Below are positions 12,384 through 25,080 of a stretch of DNA of 64,000 nucleotides, piece by piece. The notes under the pieces are model-generated. The model had not been told where the DNA came from, did no database searches, and saw only the letters and a program-made list of their open reading frames with translations. The stretch is from Eledone cirrhosa. Lineage: Eukaryota. A program made the translations under genes and the position numbers. Position 1 is the first letter of the stretch, and each line of letters begins with the position of its first letter. Where the stretch lies: positions 15,500,001-15,564,000 of the forward strand of contig OZ024762.1 of assembly GCA_964016885.1 (NCBI GenBank), read 5' to 3'.

Positions 12384-13780
12384 ATTAGGTATTAGGAATG
12401 GTGCTCTGAAATAGCGATGTATAAATGTACCTGATTAGATCAGTGATAATCGATCATGACTTCACAATCGATCTATCTCTTATTGAAACATGTGTCGTGA
12501 TTAAATGATTGGAATTTTACCTTGCCTTCGGATTTTCATTTTGATACTTATACTCCGTTTTACATCATCTAGCTGTTCCCTCGAATGGAATTGGAGATAT
12601 ACAAAAGCGTGGAGAACTTAATATTGCTAACATAAAGTTACACAACCAATAATGCACCTTACTATATAACAACTATATATATATATAAAATTGTTTCTAC
12701 TTGTAGCACAATGCCAACATTTACCCCAGTGCATTACTGGAACTTTATTTTATCGACCCGTAAGGATGAAAGACAAAGTTAACCTTGGCGGGACTTGAAC
12801 TCAGACCGTAAAGGGGCGTAACTCTATACTACAAAGCATGGCGTCCGACCCTCTACCGATACTGCCAATCCACCGCCCTCTCATTATATATATATATATA
12901 TATAAGCAAAGAATCGCTGCTTTCACCCTTAAATATTGCTCTAGGGTTCTTATATAATGTGATATATATATTTATCCTTATTGAGCTCTCTTTGGATTTT
13001 AGTCTTCACATTTATTATAAAGTACCAGTAATGCACTGGGTAACTGCTGGCCTTGTGCCTAACGTAGAAACAATTACTATATAAAGACAATGACACACGA
13101 CCGTGACTTCTGGCGTCACACAGTAATACAGAGTACCCGACCTCCCATGGGTACAAGCTGAAGCATATAGACAATATGCCCCCACCCACACACCGCAAGG
13201 TGGTCGTGGAGGTGCCACGGCAAAAAAGCACCCAGCCCACACTGTAAAGTGGACGTGTAGGCGCCACGAAAAAGCACCCAGCACTCACTGTAAATGTGGT
13301 TGGTGTTAGGAAGGGCATCCAGCTGTAGAAATCAAGCCAGATCAGTTCCTGTATGAGCAAGGCATGGTCAGCCGACCAGACACTGCCCACAACAGGACAA
13401 CCCGTCTAACCCATGCTAGCGTGGAAGAACGGACGTAAAACGGTGATGATGATGATGATGATGATGATGATATATCGGCGGTGGATTGGCAGTATCGGTA
13501 GAGGGTCGGATGCCATGCTTTCCATCATAGTTATGTCCCTTAACGAACTGAGTTCAAACCCCAGTGAGGTTGACTTTGCTTTTCATCCTTACGGGGTCGA
13601 TAAAATAAAGTACCAGTAATACACTGGGTAAGTGCTGGCCTTGTGCCAAAAAGTAGAAGCAATTTCTATATATATATATCCGTCTGTAACTCTTTAAAAT
13701 TTATACAAATACTCACACCATCCACCATACATTTTCTATCTCTGTCATGTTGCTAAAATGTTTATTTTATTCTATTCCAG

Positions 13781-13846
13781 AGGATTTTGGTTCATATAAA
13801 GAATATACGGAAAAGAATGAACGAATTTCAAAATATCTTGGATTAA
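13781..13846 (+). CDS. STKLD1: STKLD1-like probable terminal coding exon
   Basis: Strong polypyrimidine tract plus ttccag; phase 0 RILVHIKNIRKRMNEFQNILD* in an island of unique sequence among repeats. Confidence 0.55.
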   Translation, partial: RILVHIKNIRKRMNEFQNILD

Positions 13847-13859
13847 AATCAACCATTAT

Positions 13860-13945
13860 GAGCAATATATATAAATATATATATATATGGATATATATAT
13901 AGATGGGTGGATGTGTATGCATATATGTATATATATGTGTGTGTG

Positions 13946-14008
<63 letters not shown>

Positions 14009-14340
14009 TGGATATATACATATATACATACATATATATATATACATACATATATGGATATATACATACATATATGGATATATATATATATACATATATG
14101 GATATATATACATATATACATACATATATGGATATATATACATTTATACATACATATATGGATATATATATATATACATATATACATACATATATGGATA
14201 TATATACATTTATACATACATATATGGATATATATATATACATTTATACATACATATATGTATATATATATATATATATATATACATATATACATACATA
14301 TATGGATATATATATTTATACATATATACATACATATATG

Positions 14341-14384
<44 letters not shown>

Positions 14385-14434
14385 TACATACATATATGGA
14401 TATATATATTTATACATATATACATACATATATG

Positions 14435-14474
<40 letters not shown>

Positions 14475-14520
14475 TACATACATATATGGATATATATATA
14501 TATATACATATATACATACA

Positions 14521-14562
<42 letters not shown>

Positions 14563-14564
14563 CA

Positions 14565-14608
<44 letters not shown>

Positions 14609-14625
14609 CATACATATATGCATAT
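13860..14625. repeat. Compound (TA)n/(TACA)n microsatellite; similar tracts at 4055-4890, 11690-12385, 18136-18374, 20395-20660 and 20950-21508
   Basis: Direct inspection; source of the IY/YI ORFs. Confidence 0.95.
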
Positions 14626-15064
14626 TAATAACCATACTATCGGCAATAAAACAGATCATCTTTTCTAAATCTGGATCTAGATATTTTTTATTTAATTTAA
14701 TTATTATTTTTTAAATGGTGGGTGGTCACTAATTGGTAGAGCGCCGAACTATATGCCTTGCGGCATATAGTCACGTCCCTTTACGATCTGAGTTCAAATC
14801 CCGCAGAGGTTAGCTTTGCCTTTCATCCTTACGGACTTGATAAAATAAAGTATCAGTAATAGACTGGGGTCGATTGAATCAACTTTGGTCCCCTTCCACC
14901 CTCACCCCTATGCCAATAAATGCTGGCCGTGTTCTTAAATTAGAAATTACAGGGATTACGGAATACGTCTAAGAGAAAATAACTACTGTCGGTAAAAAAA
15001 AATAGTATAAGCAACAAGGGTTACCTCCCTTGAAATTTGATTTTTTTTTTTACATTATAAATGA

Positions 15065-15104
<40 letters not shown>

Positions 15105-16124
15105 CTGGGTGTTTGTATGTGTGTGTTGGGGGGGGGGGGGTTGTATGTGCGTGTGGGGGGAGGGTGTATGTGTGTGTGTATCGTAACATAGCGGTTCGTC
15201 AAAGGGCGATAGATAAAATAAGAACCAGACGTGAAAAAAAAAAAAAATAATAATAATAACGGTTTCGGATTTAGGCACAAGGGGCTGACAATTTTTAGGT
15301 AAAATTGCAATAATAACAATAATAATAATTGTTTCTACTTTTGGCACAAGGCCAGCAATTACCTCAGTGCATTACCGGTACTTTATTTTATCGTCCACCC
15401 CGTAAGGATGAATGGCAAAGTTAACCTTGGTGGGATTTCAACTCAGAGCATAAAGGGTCGTACCTCTATGCTGCAAAGCAGGTTGTCCGACGTTCTACCG
15501 ATTCTACTGTCAACCCATTAATAATAATAAGTACAGAATGGCTGTAGTAAAAGATTAAAGGAATATTCTCCTCCAACACCATCACCAACAGCCTCACCCT
15601 CAGCAACAGAGACAGATGCAGGGGCACCCCCAATAATTATATTTTTCTCCCCAAACTACCAAAACTCCTCTATATGTATATGTACTACAGTTTCTATACA
15701 TGTTATGTTTATCACATATCAAAGTTTTTTATATCTTGGTTGAAATTTGATAATAACAGCTAAACTAATCACTACAACTAAATTGACCAAATTTGGACAC
15801 CCTGCACCCACCCAATTCAGTAATGCTTCCACCGCCCCTGAGATGTATGTTTTGTTGAGGACGGGGTTGTATTTAAAAAATCAGCTCAACTTTAATTTAA
15901 GATCGTCACAAATACAACAGGAAGGACAGAGTTCGTTTGTTTGTTGATTGAGAAGAAGAAAAACACATAAATATAGATACAAAAATGAAGAGAAATAAAA
16001 CTGAACTTCACCCCTTCCTATTGAGAACTTGACTGATTCTTCTCCAACAATTATTTCCTGTGTCTGCCTGTCTGTCTTTATGGATTTCTTATATTCTTCC
16101 TTCTTTATATAAAACTGTGCACCT

Positions 16125-16344
16125 TAACCCTTTAGCATTAACATTACTCAATATATATTATTGTATTTTTGTGGTAAAGGCACATAATTATCTCACATAA
16201 TATCGAATCTATGAGATTTTAATATTACTTATTTTGAGAACACTGCCTTAACATAATTATGAGTGGCTGGTTACAGCTGGTTTCAACAGAAAGAGGTGGG
16301 AGAATTCTGGCCAGATATGGCTGGTTTAAATGCTAAAAGGTTAA
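16125..16344 (+). mobile_element. piggyBac-type MITE (TTAA-CCCTT...AAGG-TTAA), with a partial duplicate of its right end to 16450
   Basis: TTAA flanks and terminal inverted repeats; homologues at 23748-24500, 36301-37466 and 63815-63920. Confidence 0.65.
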
Positions 16345-17138
16345 ACTGAACTTTGACCCTTCCTATGAGTGGCTGGTTACAGCTGGTTTCAACAGAAAGA
16401 GGTGGGAGAATTCTGGCCAGATATGGCTAGTTTAAATGCTAAAAGGTTAAACTGAACTTTGACCCTTCCTATTGAGAAATCTAATAGTTTTTCTCCTCTC
16501 TTTTCTCTAACAGCCATTTCTTGTCTATCTTTGCATATGTTCTATCTTCTTCCTTCTATCTAAAAGTGAAGACATCTATAAATCTATTCACCTTAAATTG
16601 AACTTTACTCTTCAAAGTCACAAATATAATGCCACTTATTTTCTCTAACAATTTTGTGACTATCCAGCATTGGATTTGTTCTGTTCAATCTTCATTCCCC
16701 CATTTCTAAGAGAAGATATTTATAAACATACTCATTTCTTAAATTGAACTTAACACCCTTCTCATTTATAAATCTAATGTTTCTCCTCTTCTCTATCAAC
16801 AATTCCTCTTCTGCCTCATTATTGGATGTTTGCTGTATTCTTCTGTTCTCACTTCAATAAGTGAAGACATTGATAAACTCGTGTCTCTAAAACACACAAG
16901 CTGCAGAAAACATATACACCATGTTAAATTATACCATCTCTTCAGACAGTGGTAAGTAAAGACTTTCAAACTTTTCTCTTAAGATACATTTCAATTATTT
17001 GTACTCTTCAATTTCCCAGTTGGTAATACATTTAAAGAGCCCCTTCAGTCATGTATGCCCTTGGGATTTGCAACAGATTTATCCCCTGGATAAGGTGCAT
17101 GTTCAAGATTATCTTAAACATGACATATAATTTTAAAT

Positions 17139-17175
<37 letters not shown>

Positions 17176-17226
17176 GTAAATTGCCCCAGCATGGCCTCAG
17201 CCGGATGGCTGAAACAGGTAAAAGAG

Positions 17227-17266
<40 letters not shown>

Positions 17267-17304
17267 TTATATATATTTATATATATATATATATATATTT
17301 ATAT

Positions 17305-18136
17305 ATTTCGTTTCTGAATTTGTTTAGCAAGATTCTTTATCTGAAATCGTGTGTTGAAACCGATATTGTTATACTTTGGGAGGGTCATGTTGCCAATAAG
17401 AAACACACGCACCAGTTGCTTTCACTTCAATTTATTATATATTTATAAATTTACAAATTTACAAATTTCTGGTTGGTTGGTTGGTTCCACAACCAGATAG
17501 TTGTTTATATATAGTCATAGTCCTTTCGTCACACACTCTGTGACCTCTTCAGTGACTGGGGATTCCTTTCTTCGTTTCTGTGCCTTTCCTTTCTTCTATC
17601 CTACGCCATTTTGTTTCTGTGTGTGTGTTGTGTGCTCAGTTTGCGCATGCGCCACATCCGGGTGTCTGTGTGTGTTTGTGTTCATTTATCTATTTGTTTA
17701 TTTATTTATTTATTTATTGTTGGTTGGTTGTTTGTTCTATGTGTGTGTGTGTTTTCATTTTGTCCTGTGTGTGTTTTCATTTTGTCCTTAATTGTAAGTT
17801 GTTTGTTCTATGTGTGTGTGTGTTTTCATTTTGTCCTTAATTGTAAGTTGTGATGTTGCTGTTCCACTCATATTTTCTATTTAATTTTGGTTTTAATTCT
17901 TTTATGCTTACTGCCTCTGTAATTTGCCTAAACATTGCGTCTTTTCTGTGTGTGGTCACAGAGTGTGTGACGAAAGGACTATGACTATATATAAACAACT
18001 ATCTGGTTGTGGAACCAACCAACCAACCAGAAATTTGTAAATTTGTAAATTTATAAATATATAATAAATTGAAGTGAAAGCAACTGGTGCGTGTGTTTCT
18101 TATTGGCAACATGACCCTCCCAAAGTATAACAATAT
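17305..18136 (-). mobile_element. Penelope-like retroelement 3' end (GIY-YIG C-terminus plus pLTR) with an inverted partial pLTR
   Basis: - strand at 17850-17950 reads AMFRQITEAVSIK..KPKLNRKYEW (frameshifted), the GIY-YIG E/N tail. Hammerhead fold at 17513-17557; 17954-18136 is the inverted copy of 17363-17545; (TA)n flanks. Confidence 0.75.
17513..17557 (-). ncRNA. Minimal type I hammerhead ribozyme motif in a Penelope pLTR
   Basis: AGUCA-CUGAAGA-G-GUCACA gagug UGUGAC-GAAA-GGAC-UA^-UGACU. Confidence 0.7.
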
Positions 18137-18151
18137 ATTTATATATATATA

Positions 18152-18228
<77 letters not shown>

Positions 18229-18243
18229 ATATTTATATATATT

Positions 18244-18318
<75 letters not shown>

Positions 18319-18374
18319 ATTTATATATATTTATATTTATATATATATATATTTTATATATATATATATATATA

Positions 18375-19260
18375 CAGGGTGCGGACGATATTTGTTTGCA
18401 AAGATTACTGTCTAGGAAAAAATAACACGGTAGTTTTATTTTTTAAGATTTATTTATCAAACTTGGGTCAGTTTGTCTTCATGACTTGTTCTTTCGATCT
18501 CACTTGATAAACCCACCATTGGCTTTGATGACGGCCTCAAGGCAGCCTCGGAACCGGCTACAGGCCTTCGTCACTGTCCCCCGATTTAGGCCCCTACAGG
18601 CACTTGTGATCCTGGCCTTCAGATCGTCTTTCGTATTGCAGCTAGATCTGTTGGTGTCTCGTTCCACTGCGCCCCACACAAAGAAGTCGAGGGGGTTGCA
18701 GTCAGGTGAGCTGGGAGGCCAGATGTCAGGTGAAGTGTGGTCGATGAAGTTCTCTGACATCTAAGCTTGGGTCTTTTGGCTGGTATGGCAGGGCGCTGAG
18801 TCTTGCTGCCACACGTACAGCCTACCTGCAGCTACCTGGTCGATCCAGAGCTGTACTACCTCACTCAGATGTAGCCATCGGTGTTCAGCTTTAGGCCCTC
18901 AGGGAAGAACTCTGGCGTTCTGAAGGCGTCAGATCGTCGACCATGTGTTTTGCTCTCTGATGTTCCTTCGTAGTCGAATCCTCAATCTTCCAATTCCTTT
19001 CTGACCTTTTCCACCATTCTCCTGCTGACGCTGAGAAAGTCTGAAATTTCCTTCTTTGTCCTCCCGGCGCGGATTCCAAGAAGAACTCTGTGTCTCTTCC
19101 ACAAATTTGGAGGTTCAAAATTACTCATAATCAATTATTCTGAAAATAAATAACGGAAATATAGTCACTGTTTTTATGAAGACAAGAGTGACAACGGAAG
19201 TAAAAAAATTTGCATAAAATTAGCAGTTGAAAATTGCAAACAAATATCGTCCACACCCTG
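18375..19260 (-). mobile_element. Tc1/mariner (DD37D/maT-like) DNA transposon, internally deleted
   Basis: About 27-bp TIRs cagggtgYggacgatatttgtttgcaa; TA flanks; transposase remnants WQQDSAPCH and WPPSSPDCNPLDFFVW. Confidence 0.9.
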
Positions 19261-19279
19261 TATATTTATATATATATAG

Positions 19280-19316
<37 letters not shown>

Positions 19317-19321
<5 letters not shown>

Positions 19322-20229
19322 TACATGAATCAAAGTTCTGTTCAAACCATTTATTCGCTTACAATAGTTTCTTCCAAACTGAGGTTTGGAGTCTTCGGAG
19401 CAATTTTTCAATGATTGTTTACATACATGACCTCCTTTCCAACACAAGAGACATACAGAAACATATGTATATATTGATGCACAGTGGGTTGACATCCATT
19501 ATAATATTTAAGCATGGCAATTTACATTCAAAGATTAAAGTCATATTAAAAGAAAACAAAATTAAAGTTAAAATACAACATTGGCAGTTTACGAAGATAA
19601 TGCAAGAGGATAGTTAGAAGTAGTTAGTGTATGCAATAGTTACACGAGGGGCATGCACGTGTGTCTTATTTATATAAGATTATAGTGCGGTAGGGTGTTA
19701 TATGTAATACAAGCATTTTAAGCGGGCAATCAAGAGTATTATGGGGGTTGTATTGGTAAAGTATTTTTTTATGTATGATAAATACTATACCAATACAACC
19801 CCCATAATACTCTTGATTGCCCGCTTAAAATGCTTGTATTACATATAACACCCTGTCGCACTATAATCTTATATAAATAAGACACACGTGCATGCCCCTC
19901 GTGTAACTATTGCATACACTAACTACTTCTAACTATCCTCTTGCATTATCTTCGTAAACTGCCAATGTTGTATTTTAACTTTAATTTTGTTTTCTTTTAA
20001 TATGACTTTAATCTTTGAATGTAAACTGCCATGCTTAAATATTATAATGGATGTCAACCCACTGTGCATCGATATATACATATGTTTCTGTATGTCTCTT
20101 GTGTTAAAAAGGAGGTCATGTATGTAAACAATCATTGAAAAATTGCTCCGAAGACTCCAAACCTCGGTTTGGAAGAAACTATTGTAAGCGAATAAATGGT
20201 TTGAACAGAACTTTGATTCATGTAATTTC
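19317..20229. repeat. Near-perfect fold-back, about 440-bp arms
   Basis: 19317-19758 is the reverse complement of 19788-20229 with few mismatches. Confidence 0.95.
20143..20191 (+). ncRNA. Hammerhead-like motif with variant core CCGAAGA
   Basis: UUGCU-CCGAAGA-c-UCCAAAC cucg GUUUGGA-a-GAAA-C uauu G-UA^-AGCGA, then AATAAA; mirror copy 19355-19403 (-) and a homologue at about 55849-55897 (-). Confidence 0.6.
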
Positions 20230-20390
20230 TATATAACTGCTTTGTAGAACAACTGATGTTATTACATTGAGCTATTTATCTTACTGGTAATAAGGTAGTA
20301 ATAAATTACTGTCTTTCACTGTTTAGGGTTTAAAATATATATAACTATAAAAGGTTTTAGTATATACATAACCATAAATAGTATCCTTAA

Positions 20391-20440
<50 letters not shown>

Positions 20441-20586
20441 CATTTATATTTATATATATATATATGTATATTTATATATATTTATATATATATATTTATA
20501 TTTATTTATATATATATATTTATATTTATATATATATATTTATATATATATATTTATATTTATATTTATATATATATATTTATATT

Positions 20587-20618
<32 letters not shown>

Positions 20619-21042
20619 TATATATATATTTATATATATATTTATACAAATGAATATATGAGGGATGAACATCTATACAATTATAGAAGTGTTAGGATTG
20701 CAATCCGAACACTTCTATAATTGTATAGATGTTCGTTGAAATGGTTCCTGTCAGCATGACTTGGCAAGCTATTTACAACACTGGTTTAACCGCTTTACTT
20801 CCCTCCGAAGAAGAGATATTATCTCGAAAATTAAGGACATTTAAATAAATGTAAGGTAAAAGACTAATTGTCAACAATATCTTTTGCATTTGTATTTTTT
20901 AATCTATGTCCATACCTGCATTGTCTTGGCTTTACAAATTCAAACGTTTATATGTATATATGTATTTATATATATGTATATATATGTGTATTTATATATA
21001 TATAAGTATATATATATATGTATATATATATATATGTGTATT

Positions 21043-21077
<35 letters not shown>

Positions 21078-21081
21078 GTAC

Positions 21082-21169
<88 letters not shown>

Positions 21170-21173
21170 GTAC

Positions 21174-21207
<34 letters not shown>

Positions 21208-21211
21208 GTAC

Positions 21212-21259
<48 letters not shown>

Positions 21260-21287
21260 GTGTATTTATATATATATATATATGTAC

Positions 21288-21335
<48 letters not shown>

Positions 21336-21342
21336 GTGTATT

Positions 21343-21377
<35 letters not shown>

Positions 21378-21381
21378 GTAC

Positions 21382-21510
<129 letters not shown>

Positions 21511-21682
21511 AAAAACAGAGCTCAAGCCATTTCGACGGCTATTTCTGGACCTAAATAGCCGTCGAAACGGCTTGAGCTCTGCCGTCGGGGTCATACTTTT
21601 TCCTATTTCCCACTCTACTACCCTAAGTATTGAGTACTCTGGCGCGTTATGGTCCATCTGGTTCCTTGCCACATTTCCTTTG

Positions 21683-21725
<43 letters not shown>

Positions 21726-22353
21726 TATACACACATACATATATATTATTTTCTCTTTTCAGGCTACACTTATAGGTTGCAACTTTATCTGTCCACACTG
21801 ATCCTGGCTTTTGTCTCCTTCCTTCTCTCCTTCCTCTTCATCATCATGTGTGTCTGGCATTTCTACAACTGCTTCAACAAACATCGTCAACAATGTCAGG
21901 CTGTTAAACATGCAAAAACCTTACATGAAACCTGTAAAAAGCTCAAACTCAAATTCAATATTTTTTGATTGCTACAACACACAGATGTATACATACTTTG
22001 ATTACCTGTAAAGGTAATATTTATTAGAATTCTGTTGATGTGTGTATACATTTTTGGGGACACCCTGTATATATATATTGCTAGTCTACAGTACTGGGAC
22101 TGGGAAGACTACAGATCAAAAAAGTACTCAATACATGATACAATGGAGAGAGGGTATATTAGTGAAAATAGAAGATCTACCGCAAGCTGGGAGGTTTTAG
22201 CTAGTTACCTCTTCTCGCCATCATCAAACAAATTTTTCAAATTTAAGGGAAAAATTTGCTTCATGATGCCCAGAAGATGTAACTAACTGAAACTGCCAAC
22301 CTAGCAGTAGATCCTCTCTTTCCATTAATATATATATATATATATATTATATA

Positions 22354-22388
<35 letters not shown>

Positions 22389-22721
22389 TAAAATAATAGA
22401 TTAAAGTTTAAGCAAAGAATCGCTGCTTTCACCCCTAATGGTTCTTATATATTTGATATATATTTATCCTTATCGAGCCCTCTTTGGATTTTAATCTTCA
22501 AATTTATTATTATTACTATATATATATATAGGAACCAGTAAGACCCCGACGGCTGAGCTCAAGCCGTTTCGACGGCTAATTCTTAGTCCAGAATTAGCCG
22601 TCGAAACGGCTTGAGCTCAGCCGTCGGGGTCTTACTGGTTCCTATTACCCACTCTACTACCCTAAGTATTGAGTACTTTGGTGCGTTATGGTCCATCTGG
22701 TTCCTTACCACATTTCCTTCG

Positions 22722-22759
<38 letters not shown>

Positions 22760-22783
22760 GTAATAAACAACATAAGACAATTA

Positions 22784-22856
22784 TTCCATTTACCAAAGGT
22801 TTCACGAAGACAGACGAGCTCGACACAGACGTCTGAAATCGTTCATCAGAATGAAA
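22784..22856 (-). ncRNA. Type I hammerhead ribozyme motif (canonical core)
   Basis: UUUCAUU-CUGAUGA-ACGA...UCGU-GAAA-CC UUU GG-UA^-AAUGGAA: all three stems pair and the core is complete. Confidence 0.75.
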
Positions 22857-23747
22857 TTTTATTAATTTTAATAATTGTCTTATGTTGTTTACATAACTAA
22901 ATAGCTCTATAGCCTACATAGAGCACTCTCCTTTCCTTTACCTTTCCTACGGAAACACTTTATATATATATATATATACAGTTTAATTCAAAGGAAATCA
23001 TCAGGAACGCTTTCCTGATGGTTTCCTTCAAATGAAACAGTTCTAGTCTTGTAGAAGCCATTTCTATATTAAATTTGTTTTTTTACACCCTACAACCTTG
23101 GAAGGGTGAAAGGCAAAGTTGAGCTCAGCAGGATTTGAACTCAAAGAGCAGAGAGCCAGAATGAATACAAAAAAGCATTCCATCTGATGTTCTAAGAACT
23201 CTTCAAAGAATATATATGGTACCAAACTAGCAGAATCATTGGAACACAGAAAAGAATGCTTTGCGATGTTTGTTGCAACCAATTTTGATATAGTGTCATA
23301 TTTTTATGGCTGGAAGTTCTTCATATCTAAATAAAAAGTCTATCTTGAGCTTGGAGGCTCATCAAATCAGTGTTTATCTCAATTTCCATGGTCTGAAGTG
23401 ACTGAGAATTCATGACTCCCTACTCCTGGACAGGATACCAGTCCAACACAGTGTAAACTCCCAGCTACTGCAGCTTCTGGTACAACTTTTCAGCTGAATA
23501 TACTGGAACAATGTGAAATGAAGTGTTTTGTCTCGAGACCACAGCACACACAACCCAGTCCAGGAGTCGAACCGATGACATTATGATCATAAGTCCAACA
23601 CCCTACCACTAGGCCATGCCTAACACCCCCTGAAGAGATGGCAGTCAACACTCTTACCATTACAGCTTCCACATCCATAAGTTGTTATACCATTATACCA
23701 TCAATACATGGAGTGCCAGGTTTAGGACAAATGAAGCCCTGTGCTAG

Positions 23748-24500
23748 TTAACTCTTTACCATTTACATTACTCTATATATACTATTATATTTTCAAGGTA
23801 AAGTCTTTACATCACATAACATTTACATTTCTCTATATTTACTGTTGTATTTTCATAGTAAAGGCTTTACCTCACATAACATTTACATTACTCTATATAT
23901 ACTATTGTATTTTCACAGTAAAGGCTTTACCTCACATAATATCTCACATAACATTTACATTACTCTATATATATTATTGTATGTTCACAGTAAAGGCTTT
24001 ACCTCACATAATATCTCACATAACATTTACATTACTCTATATATATTATTGTATGTTCGCAGTAAAGGCTTTACCTCACATAATATCTCACATAACATTT
24101 ACATTACTCTATATATATTATTGTATGTTTGCAGTAAAGGCTTTACCTCACATAATATCTCACATAACATTTACATTACTCTATATATACTATTGTATTT
24201 TCACAGTAAAGGCTTTACCTCACATAATATCTCACATAACATTTACATTACTCTATATATACTATTGTATTTTCACAGTAAAGGCTTTACCTCACATAAT
24301 ATCTCACATTACTCTATATATACTATTGTATTTTCATGGTAATTATTTTCACATAATATCTAATCTAAGAGGTTTTGATATTACTTATGTTGAGAACAAT
24401 ACCTTAACATCAGTATGAACAGCAAGTTACAGCCAGTTTGAAGAGAAAGAGGTGAGAGAATTCTGGCCGGTTATGGCCAGTTTAAATGAGAAAGGGTTAA
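23748..24500 (+). mobile_element. piggyBac-type MITE with internal 72-bp tandem array
   Basis: Ends aaagggttaa; about 8 units of ...acatttacattactctatatatactattgtattttcacagtaaaggctttacctcacataatatctcacata. Confidence 0.7.
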
Positions 24501-25043
24501 GTTATGAGGCCTCATACTTCGGCCCTGAAGGAGGTAAAGAATGTTTTTGGCAGCAAGATGCCCCCCCCCCCCCCCTCACCAACCCTGGCCAATGGGCCCC
24601 TGTAGTTAACCACACCTAAGTACAATGGTAAATTGAGCACTGAGTACATGATATAGAGTAGATGAAAGGACCCTGTTTCTTCACAAATATCAACCTTCTG
24701 AAATATAAACACTTTTCTTTCTTATATATTTTTGTTATTTTTTATTTTATATTTTACAAAATAAATTGTACAAAATACTAAAATATTTGTTGTTATTTCA
24801 AGACCTTATAAAGTAAACTGTGCTTTGATAATGTAAAATAGTTGACAACAAAATATGTATTTTCCCCACTTTTTATGTCTTTCCACCACTCCCCCCTCAC
24901 ACCCTCGGAAATCTTTTCCTTCCCACTTTTCTCCTGATGAAGGGCTAATGCCCGAAACGTCGTCCCCCCACCCTCCACTCTCAAGCGTGAACCTAATATT
25001 AACACTGTTTGTACTGCACTCTTCGTTATTGTTTTTGTTTTTT

Positions 25044-25080
<37 letters not shown>

